DNA from: an uncultured Planctomycetaceae bacterium
GTDB lineage: Bacteria > Planctomycetota > Planctomycetia > Planctomycetales > Planctomycetaceae
Length of the DNA stretch: 64,000 bases
Reading direction: 5' to 3'
NCBI GenBank assembly: GCA_963976765.1
Contig: CAXBME010000003.1
Span: 62,001 to 126,000 of the forward strand
The notes under the pieces are model-generated. The model made no database searches and was not told the DNA's origin. It worked only from the letters and a program-made list of their open reading frames with translations. Within the stretch, counting starts at the first letter, position 1; every line of letters begins with the position of its first letter. The position numbers were made by a program, and so were the translations under genes. Below are positions 9,596-18,217 of the stretch, piece after piece.

Positions 9596-11521
9596 TCAAA
9601 GGTGACTGAGGTCGTGTTCATTTCCAAGTGCTTGCAGGAATTCGCCGATCCACGGTTCGTAGCGTTTCCATTTGGCGACGGACGTCTTGTAGATTGGTTT
9701 TCGAACCTGAAGTGGGTTTGTTTTGATTCGGCGGTCGGTCTCGTGGAACGAAAGGCAACTGTCTGACCACGGAAGTTCAAGGTACTCGATCAGTTCACGA
9801 GTTTTCTGCTCCTGATTGCTGGTCAGCTCTTCGTAGTGACTTGGATAGATTTCAGTGCCGAGCACCTTGTGCCAGTGTTTGCAGAGTTCGGCGTGGTGCC
9901 TGCAATAGTCCCCGAGTTCGTACAAGTCCCAACTGAATGGCTGCCCTTTGGCGAAGTATCGGAAGAAGCACGACATGGCGATGTCGCGGTAGTCTCGAAC
10001 GCAATGGACAATCTTTGCATTCGGCCAGAGAAGCCGGATGAGTCCGACATGGACGAGATTCTTCGGCATCTTGTCAACGACATGCTTTGCTTCGGGTGCC
10101 ATCTCCTTGAGTCTTGCCACATGCTCAGTTGCGAGTTTTCTGCCTGCTTCCTGCGTGAGCAAATCGAGACATTGCGGAAATGCTGTCTTCGGTTTCACTC
10201 CGGCAGGCATCCGTCGAAACATCCGCTCGACAAAGGGGAGTTCACCGGCACCGTGAACATCGGGATGGCTGGCGATGATCTGTTCGACAAGTGTGGTGCC
10301 GGACCGGGGCATACCGACAACAAAGATCGGAACAGACGAGTCGTCCGCAAAACGGTTTCCTACTGATTCGAATCGTTCTGCTGAGAAGTAATCAATCAGA
10401 GAATTCATCTGAACGCGAAGCTGCTCTGCGTCATGGTGGATCAACTGACGCTTCAGTTGATTGCCCTGTTTGTACTGGCTGAATGCTTCCTCAAAGCGTT
10501 CGGTGTCTTCGTACGCTTTCCCCAAAGCAAAGTGCATCTTCGAACGGGATTCCGGTGGAATCGTGTCCCGAGTAATGAGCGATTCAAGTTTTACAATAAT
10601 TGGATCGTCTGTTGTGATTTTCGCCGACTGACTGAGAGCAAGAAATGCTTCGGCATTCTGGGGAGCGATTTCAAGCACTCGATGAAGTCGTTGACGACCT
10701 TCATCAATTCGCCCCACTTGAACACAAGTAACGCCAAGACTTGTGAGGATTGGTGGTGCATCTGGATTCAGCGTGGCGGCTCGTTCCCATGTGGCGATCG
10801 CTTTATCCGTATCGCCCTGTAACTCGTAGACGTGCCCCAGACCATCAAGCCCGCGTACATTGGTCGGGCTGAGTTCGACAGCTCGCTCGAAGTAGGGAAG
10901 TGCCTGTTCGGGTTCATCCCGGTCAAGCCAGACAAAGCCCGTTTCGGTCAACGACGGGACGTGGTCTGGCACATACTCAAGTGCCTTCTCGTAACCTTCA
11001 ATGGCTTCATCGATCTGGCCGAGTGAATGCTGGGCTCTCGCTCGGTTGAAGATGACCTCGCCCGATTCGGGATTCAGTTTCAATGCCCGCTCCGCAACTC
11101 GAATCACTTCCTGAAACTGGCCGATGTCCTGTAAAGCGATCAGCAGATTCTTAATCGCGTCGAAATAGTCTGGCTGCCCGGCAATGGCCTGCCAGAAATG
11201 ATGGACTGCCGCTGCGAATTGCCCGTCTCGAACGTAAGCAACTCCCAGAGAGTTCTGGTACGCAGGAGCATCCGGTCTCAGCTCGACAGCACGCAATAGA
11301 TGCCCAAAAGCTATCTCCCGTCGCTTACGCTCCATCGCGATGACACCAAGCAAATGATGTGCATCTCCTGAATTCGGATCACTGATCAGCACACGGCGAA
11401 AAAGTTCATCAGCCGAATCAAACTTTCCCGATTTGTAGTCGGCTATTCCACGCTGAATGAGTGCAGCTTTCTGATCGGCCCGTTGCATGCAGTTGAGTCC
11501 TTCGAATGAATCGCCCGCCAA
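9596..11521 (-). CDS. TPR-repeat sulfotransferase family protein
   Basis: Multiple TPRs followed by PAPS-binding PIFVVGMPRSGTTLVEQIIASHP, VDKMP, IVHCVRD..DIAMSC, YEEL. Start may be ATG 11488. Confidence 0.9.
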   Translation of the reverse strand: MAGDSFEGLNCMQRADQKAALIQRGIADYKSGKFDSADELFRRVLISDPNSGDAHHLLGVIAMERKRREIAFGHLLRAVELRPDAPAYQNSLGVAYVRDGQFAAAVHHFWQAIAGQPDYFDAIKNLLIALQDIGQFQEVIRVAERALKLNPESGEVIFNRARAQHSLGQIDEAIEGYEKALEYVPDHVPSLTETGFVWLDRDEPEQALPYFERAVELSPTNVRGLDGLGHVYELQGDTDKAIATWERAATLNPDAPPILTSLGVTCVQVGRIDEGRQRLHRVLEIAPQNAEAFLALSQSAKITTDDPIIVKLESLITRDTIPPESRSKMHFALGKAYEDTERFEEAFSQYKQGNQLKRQLIHHDAEQLRVQMNSLIDYFSAERFESVGNRFADDSSVPIFVVGMPRSGTTLVEQIIASHPDVHGAGELPFVERMFRRMPAGVKPKTAFPQCLDLLTQEAGRKLATEHVARLKEMAPEAKHVVDKMPKNLVHVGLIRLLWPNAKIVHCVRDYRDIAMSCFFRYFAKGQPFSWDLYELGDYCRHHAELCKHWHKVLGTEIYPSHYEELTSNQEQKTRELIEYLELPWSDSCLSFHETDRRIKTNPLQVRKPIYKTSVAKWKRYEPWIGEFLQALGNEHDLSHL

Positions 11522-11736
11522 AAATTTGATCGGGCAAGATACGTGAACTGCCTGGCGTCAACCCCGCAGACACTGAATATATGAACTTTACAAATTTTTC
11601 GTGACGACCAGTATTCAGTTTGAATTCGTCCAGTACCCGGAATACTGTCCACGTCTGATTTCTGCGACATGATAGCATCTGTGATATGCGGAGAAACTTC
11701 CAGACAACTGACTTCAACTTCAGGGGAGACAGGGCC

Positions 11737-13890
11737 GTGGTATTTCCGAACTGGTTAGGCGAATTTGCAGACCGCATCAAAGCTCAGAGGCCAAAGCGAA
11801 CGAATCGGAAAGACAAGCAGCACCGTCGGCATGAAATCAGTGCTCCTGTTGAAGTTTTTGAGGATCGCACTCTGCTGGCCAGTACGCCGGTCGTTAATTT
11901 GACCTCAACACCGCCTTCAAATATCGACGAGGGCGACTCGTTCTCGATCAGCGGGACAGCTACCCATTCGGGCTCAGAAAGCATCAACGTCTATGTTCGC
12001 TGGTACGGTGGCACAGGTACCACAAGTTCATCTTCGTCAGCGTATTCAGATTCTGCTCAGATTTCGCCGGGTGGCTCTTTCAGTTTCTGGAACCAGTACA
12101 ACGACGATGACCAGCTTACGGTGAGCGTCTGGGCATCTGTGACTGACAGCGGAACGACGAGCACAGGAACGACTACTGGAGGATCGACAACGACAAGTGG
12201 GACAACGACAAGTGGGACAACGACAAGTGGGTCAACAGCCACAGGGTCGCAGACTCTCATGTCGACCCCTGATTCATATTCAGTGACAGTCGATAACGTG
12301 GCTCCTACTCTGAATGTGACTAATCCAACTGGCTCCTCTATTTCCGTTCTCCCCTACCAACCATTTACACTTTCGGGAAATGGAAGTGATGTTGGAGTGT
12401 CAGATTCATTGGCGCTGTCAGTTAATTGGGGAGAAGGCAGCTCTTCTCAGACAACTTCAATCAATAATAGCGGGTCATTCTCCATCGGTTACTCTTATGA
12501 GTTTCCTGGAACCAGAAATGTCACTCTCACACTTTCAGATGATGACGGCGGAAGTGATGCGAAATCAGTTCAAGTGAATGTGCTGCCAGATCCTGCTCCG
12601 GTCTTCTCAAATTTAATCTGGCCAACTGGTCCAATTGATGAAGGAAGTCAATTCCAAGTCAAAGGACGTCTTAATGACAATCAATATGATGATCTAACAC
12701 TGACGATTCATTGGGGAGACTCCTTGGACCCGTCGGGTAGCGGCATCGAAGTCCCTGTTGGACAGGATTTCACAGCTACCTATTCATATTATGATGACAT
12801 AATGTCAGGAACTGGATTGGGGATTACATACACGATTACGATGACCGCCACCGACAACGCCGGCAATTCTACATCTGTCACTCATTCTCTGGATGTCGAT
12901 AACGTTGACCCAACAGTCACACTCGACACTTTTCCCGATGAAGTAGACGTGCATGAGCCTTTTACCATATCGGGGACCGTCAGTGATCAAGGTGCTTTTG
13001 ACGATCTGACAGTCCTCCTTGATTGGGGAGACGGAAGTAGCTTAGAGGCTATTTATAATTTGTCAGACGGTGATACATTCGAAGCAAGTCACCAGTACTT
13101 AGTTCGCAAAGCGTTCACGGATTACGATGTAGTCGTCACCGTAATAGATGACAATTTTGGTACATCTTCTGTAACTGAAGCAGTACCGGACGATCCCGAA
13201 GTCATAGCATTGTTTGACGGAATCACAAACTACCAAGTGATTGACACTTTTGGTGCAACAATTGTTGTCACTCAATCATTTGGAACAGTGTCAGGCGGAA
13301 ATCCCGGGTGGCAACACTCTTTCCGCTACCTTCCATATCAGCCTGCTGACGGATCGACCGAGTTCGATGTCATCCAAGTCGCGAAAATAAGAAAGAAACT
13401 GCCAAATGGAAACTGGGGCTACTTCATTCCATCTCCTCCGGGAACTGATAGGGCTAACTACTACAATGAGGTCAACAGCAACGGCTACTTCGTTGATGTT
13501 GTGCCTGAAGACGGAGAGGCGGACGGCTGGTCACCATTCTGGTCCGATACTGTTGGAGGCAACGCTGCCAGCACAGATAGCAATGGATATTGGGAAATAG
13601 GCGGCTCATCAGATACGCCTATAGCTGCAGCTAATTCAACAACGCGTCACACAGTCAACGGCGTACTTGAATACCACGAAATGGAGTGGCGTTTTGAGGC
13701 AATAATCATGCAAAAGCCAAATGACGTTGAAGATTACCCTGAAGCATACATCGGAGGTATATCCTGGGGATTCTCAGTAGCACCTGATGGCTCAGCAGCC
13801 ACTCTCGGTGACTCGGCAATCAACACGATGTCAGATTCATTCAGCGACGCATTATCGAGTTTCTATAGCGAGAAACATCCTGAAGAATGA
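11737..13890 (+). CDS. Secreted LEPR-XLL-type protein with PKD-like Ig repeats and an unrecognised C-terminal domain
   Basis: GTG 11737 after GGGGAG; basic N-region then VEVFEDRTLLAS; repeated (N/H/D)WG(D/E)GS and TLSDDDGG/TATDNAG/NVAPT PKD signatures; Thr/Gly linker. Confidence 0.85.
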   Translation: MVFPNWLGEFADRIKAQRPKRTNRKDKQHRRHEISAPVEVFEDRTLLASTPVVNLTSTPPSNIDEGDSFSISGTATHSGSESINVYVRWYGGTGTTSSSSSAYSDSAQISPGGSFSFWNQYNDDDQLTVSVWASVTDSGTTSTGTTTGGSTTTSGTTTSGTTTSGSTATGSQTLMSTPDSYSVTVDNVAPTLNVTNPTGSSISVLPYQPFTLSGNGSDVGVSDSLALSVNWGEGSSSQTTSINNSGSFSIGYSYEFPGTRNVTLTLSDDDGGSDAKSVQVNVLPDPAPVFSNLIWPTGPIDEGSQFQVKGRLNDNQYDDLTLTIHWGDSLDPSGSGIEVPVGQDFTATYSYYDDIMSGTGLGITYTITMTATDNAGNSTSVTHSLDVDNVDPTVTLDTFPDEVDVHEPFTISGTVSDQGAFDDLTVLLDWGDGSSLEAIYNLSDGDTFEASHQYLVRKAFTDYDVVVTVIDDNFGTSSVTEAVPDDPEVIALFDGITNYQVIDTFGATIVVTQSFGTVSGGNPGWQHSFRYLPYQPADGSTEFDVIQVAKIRKKLPNGNWGYFIPSPPGTDRANYYNEVNSNGYFVDVVPEDGEADGWSPFWSDTVGGNAASTDSNGYWEIGGSSDTPIAAANSTTRHTVNGVLEYHEMEWRFEAIIMQKPNDVEDYPEAYIGGISWGFSVAPDGSAATLGDSAINTMSDSFSDALSSFYSEKHPEE
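12186..12230 (+). repeat. Three perfect 15-bp tandem copies encoding a TTTSG linker
   Basis: GACAACGACAAGTGG x3. Confidence 0.95.
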
Positions 13891-13915
13891 AAAGCATCAA
13901 TGATGCTCAGATAGT

Positions 13916-14452
13916 ATGCACAAACATTGGATCCGAAAATTATTATTTGGAGTAACTTTCTGTCTCTTTTTCTGCGCCAGCATATTCTCGGTACTGGAGT
14001 ACGTGCAATGGAAATACATGATCCATCTCGTCAACCGAATTGAAGGCCGTCGCGGCCCATACACGTTGGAGCACAAGTCGTATCCTTTTAATGTTGAGTG
14101 GATTCGGAAAATTCCGTATGTAAAAGAGGTGACTTATTGTTTTGAAGAAATATATTTAAGAAACATGATGCTGACTTCAGACGACTTTCGTGCAGTCGCT
14201 TCTCAGTCTCAACTTAGGATGCTTGATTGTTCTGGAAGCAAACTCGATCTAGGCCATATCCAACAGCTAAAAAACCTACAACAACTCGCCATCGTGAACG
14301 CTAGTAGTACCAACTTGGATGATTCTGCTTTTGAATACATATTAGGACTACCAGCGATAAAGGAGCTAGACGTTTCAAACACATACGTTTCCAGCGAAGC
14401 TGTTCGCAGGGCAAGGATGGCGAATTCGGAATTAGTGATTCACTGGCCGTAA
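13916..14452 (+). CDS. Membrane-anchored leucine-rich-repeat protein
   Basis: N-terminal TM, then LRMLDCSGSKL, LAIVNASSTNL, IKELDVSNTYV repeats; AT-rich; 25 nt after the PKD gene. Confidence 0.75.
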   Translation: MHKHWIRKLLFGVTFCLFFCASIFSVLEYVQWKYMIHLVNRIEGRRGPYTLEHKSYPFNVEWIRKIPYVKEVTYCFEEIYLRNMMLTSDDFRAVASQSQLRMLDCSGSKLDLGHIQQLKNLQQLAIVNASSTNLDDSAFEYILGLPAIKELDVSNTYVSSEAVRRARMANSELVIHWP

Positions 14453-14456
14453 CCCT

Positions 14457-15708
14457 CAGGGCGATTGCGCCATGATGGGCAATCTGCAAAACTGAGGCAG
14501 CGGCCTGTTGCTTGGGGTGGCGGGCGATTGAATATTGCCTCAGGACTGGATACGGACATGTCAAAATCACAGGGATGTGCGCAGTTGCGTGATCACTTTT
14601 CGGAGCTGACGGACCCTCGTACGGGGAAGGTCACTCACCCGTTGTTGAATATTATCACGATCACGGTTTGTGCGGTGATCTGCGGGGCCGACGACTTTGT
14701 GGCTATCGCGGAGTTCGGACGTTTGAAGCGAAAGTGGCTGGCGAAGTTTCTTGATCTGTCGAACGGCATCCCATCGCACGACCGGTTTAATCAGGTTCTG
14801 GCGGCGGTTCGGCCAGCCGAGTTCGAGAAGTGTCTGCTGAGCTGGATTGTGGCTCTGCATGAAATCACGGACGGTCAGATTATCGCTATCGACGGCAAGA
14901 CGTTGCGTCGCAGTTACGATCGTGCGAGTTCCAAATCGGCCATTCACATGGTCAGCGCGTGGGCCAGCGAGAATCACATTTCTCTCGGGCAGGTCGTGGT
15001 TGATGAGAAGAGCAACGAGATCACAGCGATCCCGAAACTGCTGCAGATGCAGGAAATCAACGGCTCGCTGGTCACCATCGACGCGATGGGTTGTCAGGTG
15101 ACAATCGCTGAAACGATCGTCGATCAGCAGGCAGATTATGTACTGGCGGTCAAAGGCAACCAGCCGACTCTACACGATGGAGTCGTCTCTCACTTCGCCG
15201 TTCACCTGAGTGATGACAACGTCTTCAAAGGCCGCGGTTTTCATCGGACGAAGGAGAAAACACACGGTCGCGAGACCGAACGGGAATACTTCGTGTGTTC
15301 CGTGCTTGACGATCTGCCCGATGCTTCCCGCTGGCCAAAGCTGCGAGCGATCGGCATGACGGTCAACCGGACGCTGCGTGAGGGGAAGGAAACGATCGAA
15401 GGTCGTTATTACATTCTTAGTAGAAAGCTGACGGGCAGGCAGTTTGCCGAAGCCGTCCGAGGCCACTGGTCCATCGAAAACTCTCTGCACTGGCAACTGG
15501 ATGTGACCTTTGGAGAAGACCAGTGTCGAATCCGAAAAGGCCACGCAGACGCCAACTTCAGTCTGCTTCGTCGGCAGGCATTGAGCTTGCTGAGGAACGA
15601 ACGGACATCGAAAGTGGGAATCAAAAACAAACGACTCTCAGCAGCACTCAACGAAAACTATCTGCTCAAAGTACTGTTTGCAGCATGACCTAACGTGCAA
15701 TCGCCCTG
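14457..15708 (+). mobile_element. ISAs1-family insertion sequence (1252 bp)
   Basis: Terminal inverted repeats CAGGGCGATTGCGC / GTGCAATCGCCCTG (13/14 match) around the transposase; flanks (CCGTAACCCT / GTTGCCAATC) show no target duplication. Confidence 0.93.
14558..15688 (+). CDS. ISAs1 family DDE transposase
   Basis: DPR, IPSHDRF, IAIDGKTLRRS, KSNEITAIP, TIDAMGCQ, VKGNQP, HGR, HWSIENSLHWQLDVTFGED motifs. Confidence 0.96.
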   Translation: MSKSQGCAQLRDHFSELTDPRTGKVTHPLLNIITITVCAVICGADDFVAIAEFGRLKRKWLAKFLDLSNGIPSHDRFNQVLAAVRPAEFEKCLLSWIVALHEITDGQIIAIDGKTLRRSYDRASSKSAIHMVSAWASENHISLGQVVVDEKSNEITAIPKLLQMQEINGSLVTIDAMGCQVTIAETIVDQQADYVLAVKGNQPTLHDGVVSHFAVHLSDDNVFKGRGFHRTKEKTHGRETEREYFVCSVLDDLPDASRWPKLRAIGMTVNRTLREGKETIEGRYYILSRKLTGRQFAEAVRGHWSIENSLHWQLDVTFGEDQCRIRKGHADANFSLLRRQALSLLRNERTSKVGIKNKRLSAALNENYLLKVLFAA

Positions 15709-16192
15709 GTTGCCAATCCTGTCCAAATACGAAATCTACATTCGGCTATCCGAGGCCGCCAAAACACTTGATCGCAGCTGCACAGAAACCGAACGCGTAC
15801 ACGAGTTGACTAAGGTTCGAAACGAATTTGTCCACCCGAAGATGCAATCGATTTCTGCTACGGTAGGTGCCTTCGAACAACAAGGTGAAAACGTCGCCCT
15901 TCCGTTGACGCTCGACGGAGAACACTGGAACGCTGTTGGTATCCCGAAACGTCCGCTCTTCTGGTCAGCTGACAACGCCAAGTCCGCCTTCACCGCTGTG
16001 GTTACGTTCTTGAGAATGGTAATTTGTGATTACGTCCACATGTCGCCGGAGGACGCGCGGTATCACTTGCACTCGCGAGTGGAGATTGGCACGGCAGCAA
16101 CAATCGCCACATTTGACGAGTTTGTTTCCGAACTTACTGCCGAAGATCTCGGCGTAGATGTCGCGTTTCTCGGTATCTCGCCACACCCATGA
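15709..16192 (+). pseudogene. 5'-truncated cassette ORF with HEPN-like RxxxxH motif
   Basis: Frame is open from the IS end with no native start; LTKVRNEFVHPK; followed by attC1. Confidence 0.6.
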
Positions 16193-16217
16193 CTTAGTTG
16201 GCGGATTGAACACGGCT

Positions 16218-16308
16218 GCCGAACAATGCGTTCAACCGGAGCGACCGTCGGGTGCGTCTTCTGAAATCCATGTCGCTGGCGGCCGCCCGACGATGTGGGT
16301 CGTTATGT
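16218..16308 (+). other. attC site 1 (91 bp)
   Basis: R'' GCCGAAC, 5 nt, L'' GTTCAACC, degenerate L', R' GTTATGT. Confidence 0.75.
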
Positions 16309-16687
16309 GGGAAGAAGTGGTTGCTGGATCTGGTGGTAGTTGATTGTGTGTTCGGTCGGTGCTCGGTCGAGAATCGTTTGATTGACTTGTCCGGCCTGAC
16401 GTAGTGGCGTGAGAAGCTGGTGGTACACGGTCAGGTGAGTTGCTCGTTCTGGTGTTGCGGTTGCTGCGTCCAGAGATCGGGCATGGGGAGTTGCGGTTTC
16501 CAATCCCGTTGGCGCTGGCGTGCTCAGCTTTGTGGTAAACATTTTCCAAATGGCTGGTTTGCACTCGACAATTGAATTGTCGGTTTTCAGAATTCCACGT
16601 CAGCTTCAATAAGGTGCTCGGTCGAAAAAGTGCTCGATCACTGCCGCGATCGACTGCCGGCTTGAAGTGTTCTCAGTTACAAACCCC

Positions 16688-16778
16688 ACATAACAAAGCG
16701 ATCAACCCGAGCCGCCGGCCACCTGGATTTTTCCATTGCCAAATAACTCGCGCCGGCCGGTAAATTTGGTGGTTCGTC
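16688..16778 (+). other. attC site 2 (91 bp)
   Basis: R'' ACATAAC, L'' GATCAACC, L' GGTAAAT, R' GTTCGTC; CCCACATAAC complements upstream GTTATGTGGG (16302-16311). Confidence 0.8.
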
Positions 16779-16805
16779 GAAAAAATCGCGTAGTTCTACA
16801 CAACC

Positions 16806-17150
16806 ATGAAAAAACTGAAGTTGATTCTCTCGGCTGTTCTGTTTGTTTTCGGAGTTCTGATCACTTGCACATTCGTAATAAATAATCTTGCTCCAAGCCC
16901 GGTGACGGCTGCAAAGGCACACTCTGTCGAGCAAGGATGGACTGACAATGAACTCTCACTGCTGGGATTCGAGACATCTGCCAAAGTCAGTGGCAGCGAA
17001 GGCACTGTTCGCCTCAAGGGCAACAAGCCGGATCGACAGGAGACAATTCGCGTTGAACTTCGCAAGCCCCTATTTGCAACAACGTGGCAGGTTGTTAAAT
17101 ACGACGAGTCACGTGTCGACGAAGATCGCCCCAAAGATGCAATACCCTGA
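16806..17150 (+). CDS. Cassette-encoded small secreted/membrane-anchored hypothetical protein
   Basis: 114 aa, MKKLK + hydrophobic helix; starts shortly after attC2. Confidence 0.75.
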   Translation: MKKLKLILSAVLFVFGVLITCTFVINNLAPSPVTAAKAHSVEQGWTDNELSLLGFETSAKVSGSEGTVRLKGNKPDRQETIRVELRKPLFATTWQVVKYDESRVDEDRPKDAIP

Positions 17151-17247
17151 GCCTTCACCTTTACTGTTTTGGGACCGAAAACTGCGGGAAAGTATACTTA
17201 GCTGTGGTTGCACGATCACTCGAACGCTACTTTGACTCCGCAAAGCC

Positions 17248-17338
17248 GACGAACCATCACATGCACGGGAGCGTGCGTGACCAGCGGGTTTTGAACTCAA
17301 CGTCGACTCCCACCTCCCCGTGATGCGGGACGTTCGGC
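17248..17338 (+). other. attC site 3 (91 bp)
   Basis: R'' GACGAAC, L'' CATGCACG / L' CGTGATG (one extra base in L''), R' GTTCGGC. Confidence 0.88.
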
Positions 17339-17376
17339 GACCAGAGAGCCACGCCAAGTGACTATGCGGATGAGCT

Positions 17377-17772
17377 ATGTCAGTCCCCGATGAATCCGAC
17401 AGACCTGCCCCTCCTACCGAGCTTGCGGAACTGACTCTCCGCCAGATCGGCCATAAGATTAGAGCATGCATAGGCTCGGTTCTTGCTGGACTCACTCCTC
17501 GCTCTATCGATGCTCGCATCAAAACGCTTGCGGGTACCGAGGAACCGACCTGGGGAGGCGATACCCGTTTACTTCTTTGCTGGTTTTTGGTGTGGCTGTC
17601 CGTCCTACTTTCGGCAGTCGTTTCTCCGATCATTGTCTTGTTTCAGTACATCTTTCAGGAACGTCGTTGGCGGCTGGTACTGGTGTTCTTTGTAGGTACC
17701 CCTCTCGTCCTGGCAGTGGTACTTTTCGCGGTACTTGCCATCGGTATGGCGGGCTTTCAGTTTGGCAAGTAG
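17377..17772 (+). CDS. Cassette-encoded two-TM hypothetical protein
   Basis: 131 aa with two C-terminal hydrophobic helices; stop 4 nt before attC4. Confidence 0.7.
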   Translation: MSVPDESDRPAPPTELAELTLRQIGHKIRACIGSVLAGLTPRSIDARIKTLAGTEEPTWGGDTRLLLCWFLVWLSVLLSAVVSPIIVLFQYIFQERRWRLVLVFFVGTPLVLAVVLFAVLAIGMAGFQFGK

Positions 17773-17776
17773 GCTC

Positions 17777-17867
17777 GCCGAACCAGACATTCAACCCGAG
17801 CGGCGCCTCAAATGAGTCTTCGATTCAATCTTACTCGGCGACCGCCGAGTTAACCTGGTCGTTAGTC
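17777..17867 (+). other. attC site 4 (91 bp)
   Basis: R'' GCCGAAC, L'' ATTCAACC, L' AGTTAAC, R' GTTAGTC. Confidence 0.85.
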
Positions 17868-18103
17868 GGTGTGATCCTCGGTCTATTACTGGTGCTCGGT
17901 CAATGTCCTCGACCGAAAGTTCAGGCGGTCAAACCTGTCGTCTGTGCCTTCGCCGTCTATGGGGCACTTCGAAACTCAAGCGGTGAAGAATTAAGGAAGG
18001 CAAGGGGCGGCTTCGGTCGTCCGTTTATCTTGCCTGGCGGACTGACTCGTCGCACAATCAACGCTGATCATAATCCTCGGTCAGTAGCTTCGCTCATGAC
18101 ACC

Positions 18104-18182
18104 GACTAACAAAGCAATGAACCGGAGCACTCGGCAAGCCCGCTCTGAATTCACCGTCAAACTATCGTGCCGAGTGTTAGGC
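18104..18182 (+). other. attC site 5, truncated (79 bp, L' missing)
   Basis: R'' GACTAAC, L'' AATGAACC, inner stem CACTCGGCA/TGCCGAGTG running directly into GTTAGGC. Confidence 0.75.
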
Positions 18183-18217
18183 GGCTTCACACGTTATCAA
18201 ACAGATCACCCAACAAA

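Noticed and set aside
14446..14456. CCGTAAC at the LRR stop as an attC R'' box interrupted by ISAs1
   Set aside because: No complementary GTTACGG core upstream of the LRR gene and no attC remainder after the IS.
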